Below, one piece after another: positions 8,932 through 9,684 of a stretch of 9,684 nucleotides of DNA (position 1 is the first letter of the stretch; the number at the start of each line of letters is the position of its first letter). Location of the stretch: assembly GCA_001949185.1 (NCBI GenBank), contig BDGG01000037.1:1-9684 (forward strand), given 5' to 3'. The translations under genes were made by a program, and so were the position numbers. This DNA comes from Ramazzottius varieornatus (taxonomy: Eukaryota; Animalia; Tardigrada). The notes below the pieces were generated by a model. The model did not search any database and was not told the DNA's origin. It saw nothing but the letters and a program-made list of their open reading frames with translations.

Positions 8932-9346
8932 CGTCCAAGGTTGAATAGATAGCCGAAAATCGAAAATATGTCTCTTCACTAGCCCAGAACTGCACACACC
9001 CCACAATTCTATCGCGTGCTTCGGAATTCTGCTCGAAAAGGCAGCAATGCCAGGCGGCGCACTTTTTGACCAATAAGACTGAAAGCGTGCGCTACTTGGG
9101 ATAGCAATCAGACTGGCAAATGTTGCTTTTCTAAGTGGCGCACTCGTCCAAATAAAAACACGGGAGATGTGCGCCACCTAAAAATACAATCTTAACGAGC
9201 TTTTGTCGAGCTTTCATGTCTGGAACATTATCCCGACCATCCAGATCTTATATCCGTTTCCACTTTCCCAAATCTCTTAATCCTGGAAACGTGTCCGTTT
9301 TCTTGGACGGATCCGGACCTACGTCTTCGCTGGGGTTCAAGTTACC

Positions 9347-9501
9347 CTACCAAAAAGCACCCGGATCCCGTACAGAGATGTCGTCACCTGGACTCGCCTG
9401 GACAAAGTCGAGCTTTGGCCAGTCGTATTGTACTTCTATGCAAATGTCTTCCAGTCGTTTGACTACAGGGATGCATTGTCTTTGTCTCTTGTTTTGACCT
9501 C
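9347..9501 (-). CDS. Possible terminal exon of the same unknown protein
   Basis: After acceptor-like TTAGCAG (ends 9502) the phase-1 join gives GGQNKRQRQCIPVVKRLEDICIEVQYDWPKLDFVQASPGDDISVRDPGAFW-stop. No recognisable family, and the polypyrimidine tract is weak. Confidence 0.22.
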
Positions 9502-9625
9502 CTGCTAATTGAATTTCATATCGAAAGACAAACGGCTTTTTGATGCACTGACAACTAGTCCGTTGGCAGCTCATGAACACCTGCTTTTTCTGTGATTTAT
9601 TCATCGCGATCACTACCACCCATAC

Positions 9626-9684
9626 CTGAACTCTTTACTGCGTCCATATCAGCATTAACGAGCAGTAATAGTACCGCCACCCCT
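9626..9684 (-). CDS. Possible exon of a small unknown protein (hydrophobic, signal-peptide-like; 5' end outside the window)
   Basis: Open frame GVAVLLLLVNADMDAVKSS ending at a donor-like TCAG|GTATGG (phase 1). Confidence 0.25.

Noticed and set aside
8094-9177. Several 70-150 aa minus-strand ORFs, one preceded by an acceptor-like ttttTAG at 9178
   Set aside because: Random-looking composition, mutually overlapping frames and no domain or coherent exon chain.

Overview
Eukaryotic (animal) genomic DNA, not prokaryotic: it has spliceosomal GT-AG introns, roughly mid-40s % GC by eye and no obvious CpG depletion, which suggests an invertebrate. The dominant feature is the 5' part of an Otx/orthodenticle PRD-class homeobox gene on the minus strand. 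Coding exon 1 is 2972-2789, followed by a phase-1 intron (2788-1147) and exon 2 (1146-974, homeodomain residues 1-46). The canonical intron between homeodomain codons 46 and 47 follows and runs off the left edge; the exon expected to encode VWFKNRRAK is not in the window. Notable points of the gene: a tandemly duplicated Otx N-terminal motif, two in-frame splice acceptors 18 nt apart just before the homeobox, and unusual homeodomain substitutions (V34T, S43P). The ~6.5 kb upstream looks mostly non-coding and holds an ATG-free leader, a homeodomain/TALE/ETS site cluster, a GATA-rich block and a CCAAT/TGACGTG cluster. A weak candidate for a small spliced, possibly secreted, protein gene sits at the right edge. 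Most ORFs in the six-frame track look spurious. I see no RNA genes, CRISPR arrays or recognisable transposons, and no clearly new biological system. All motif counts were made by eye.
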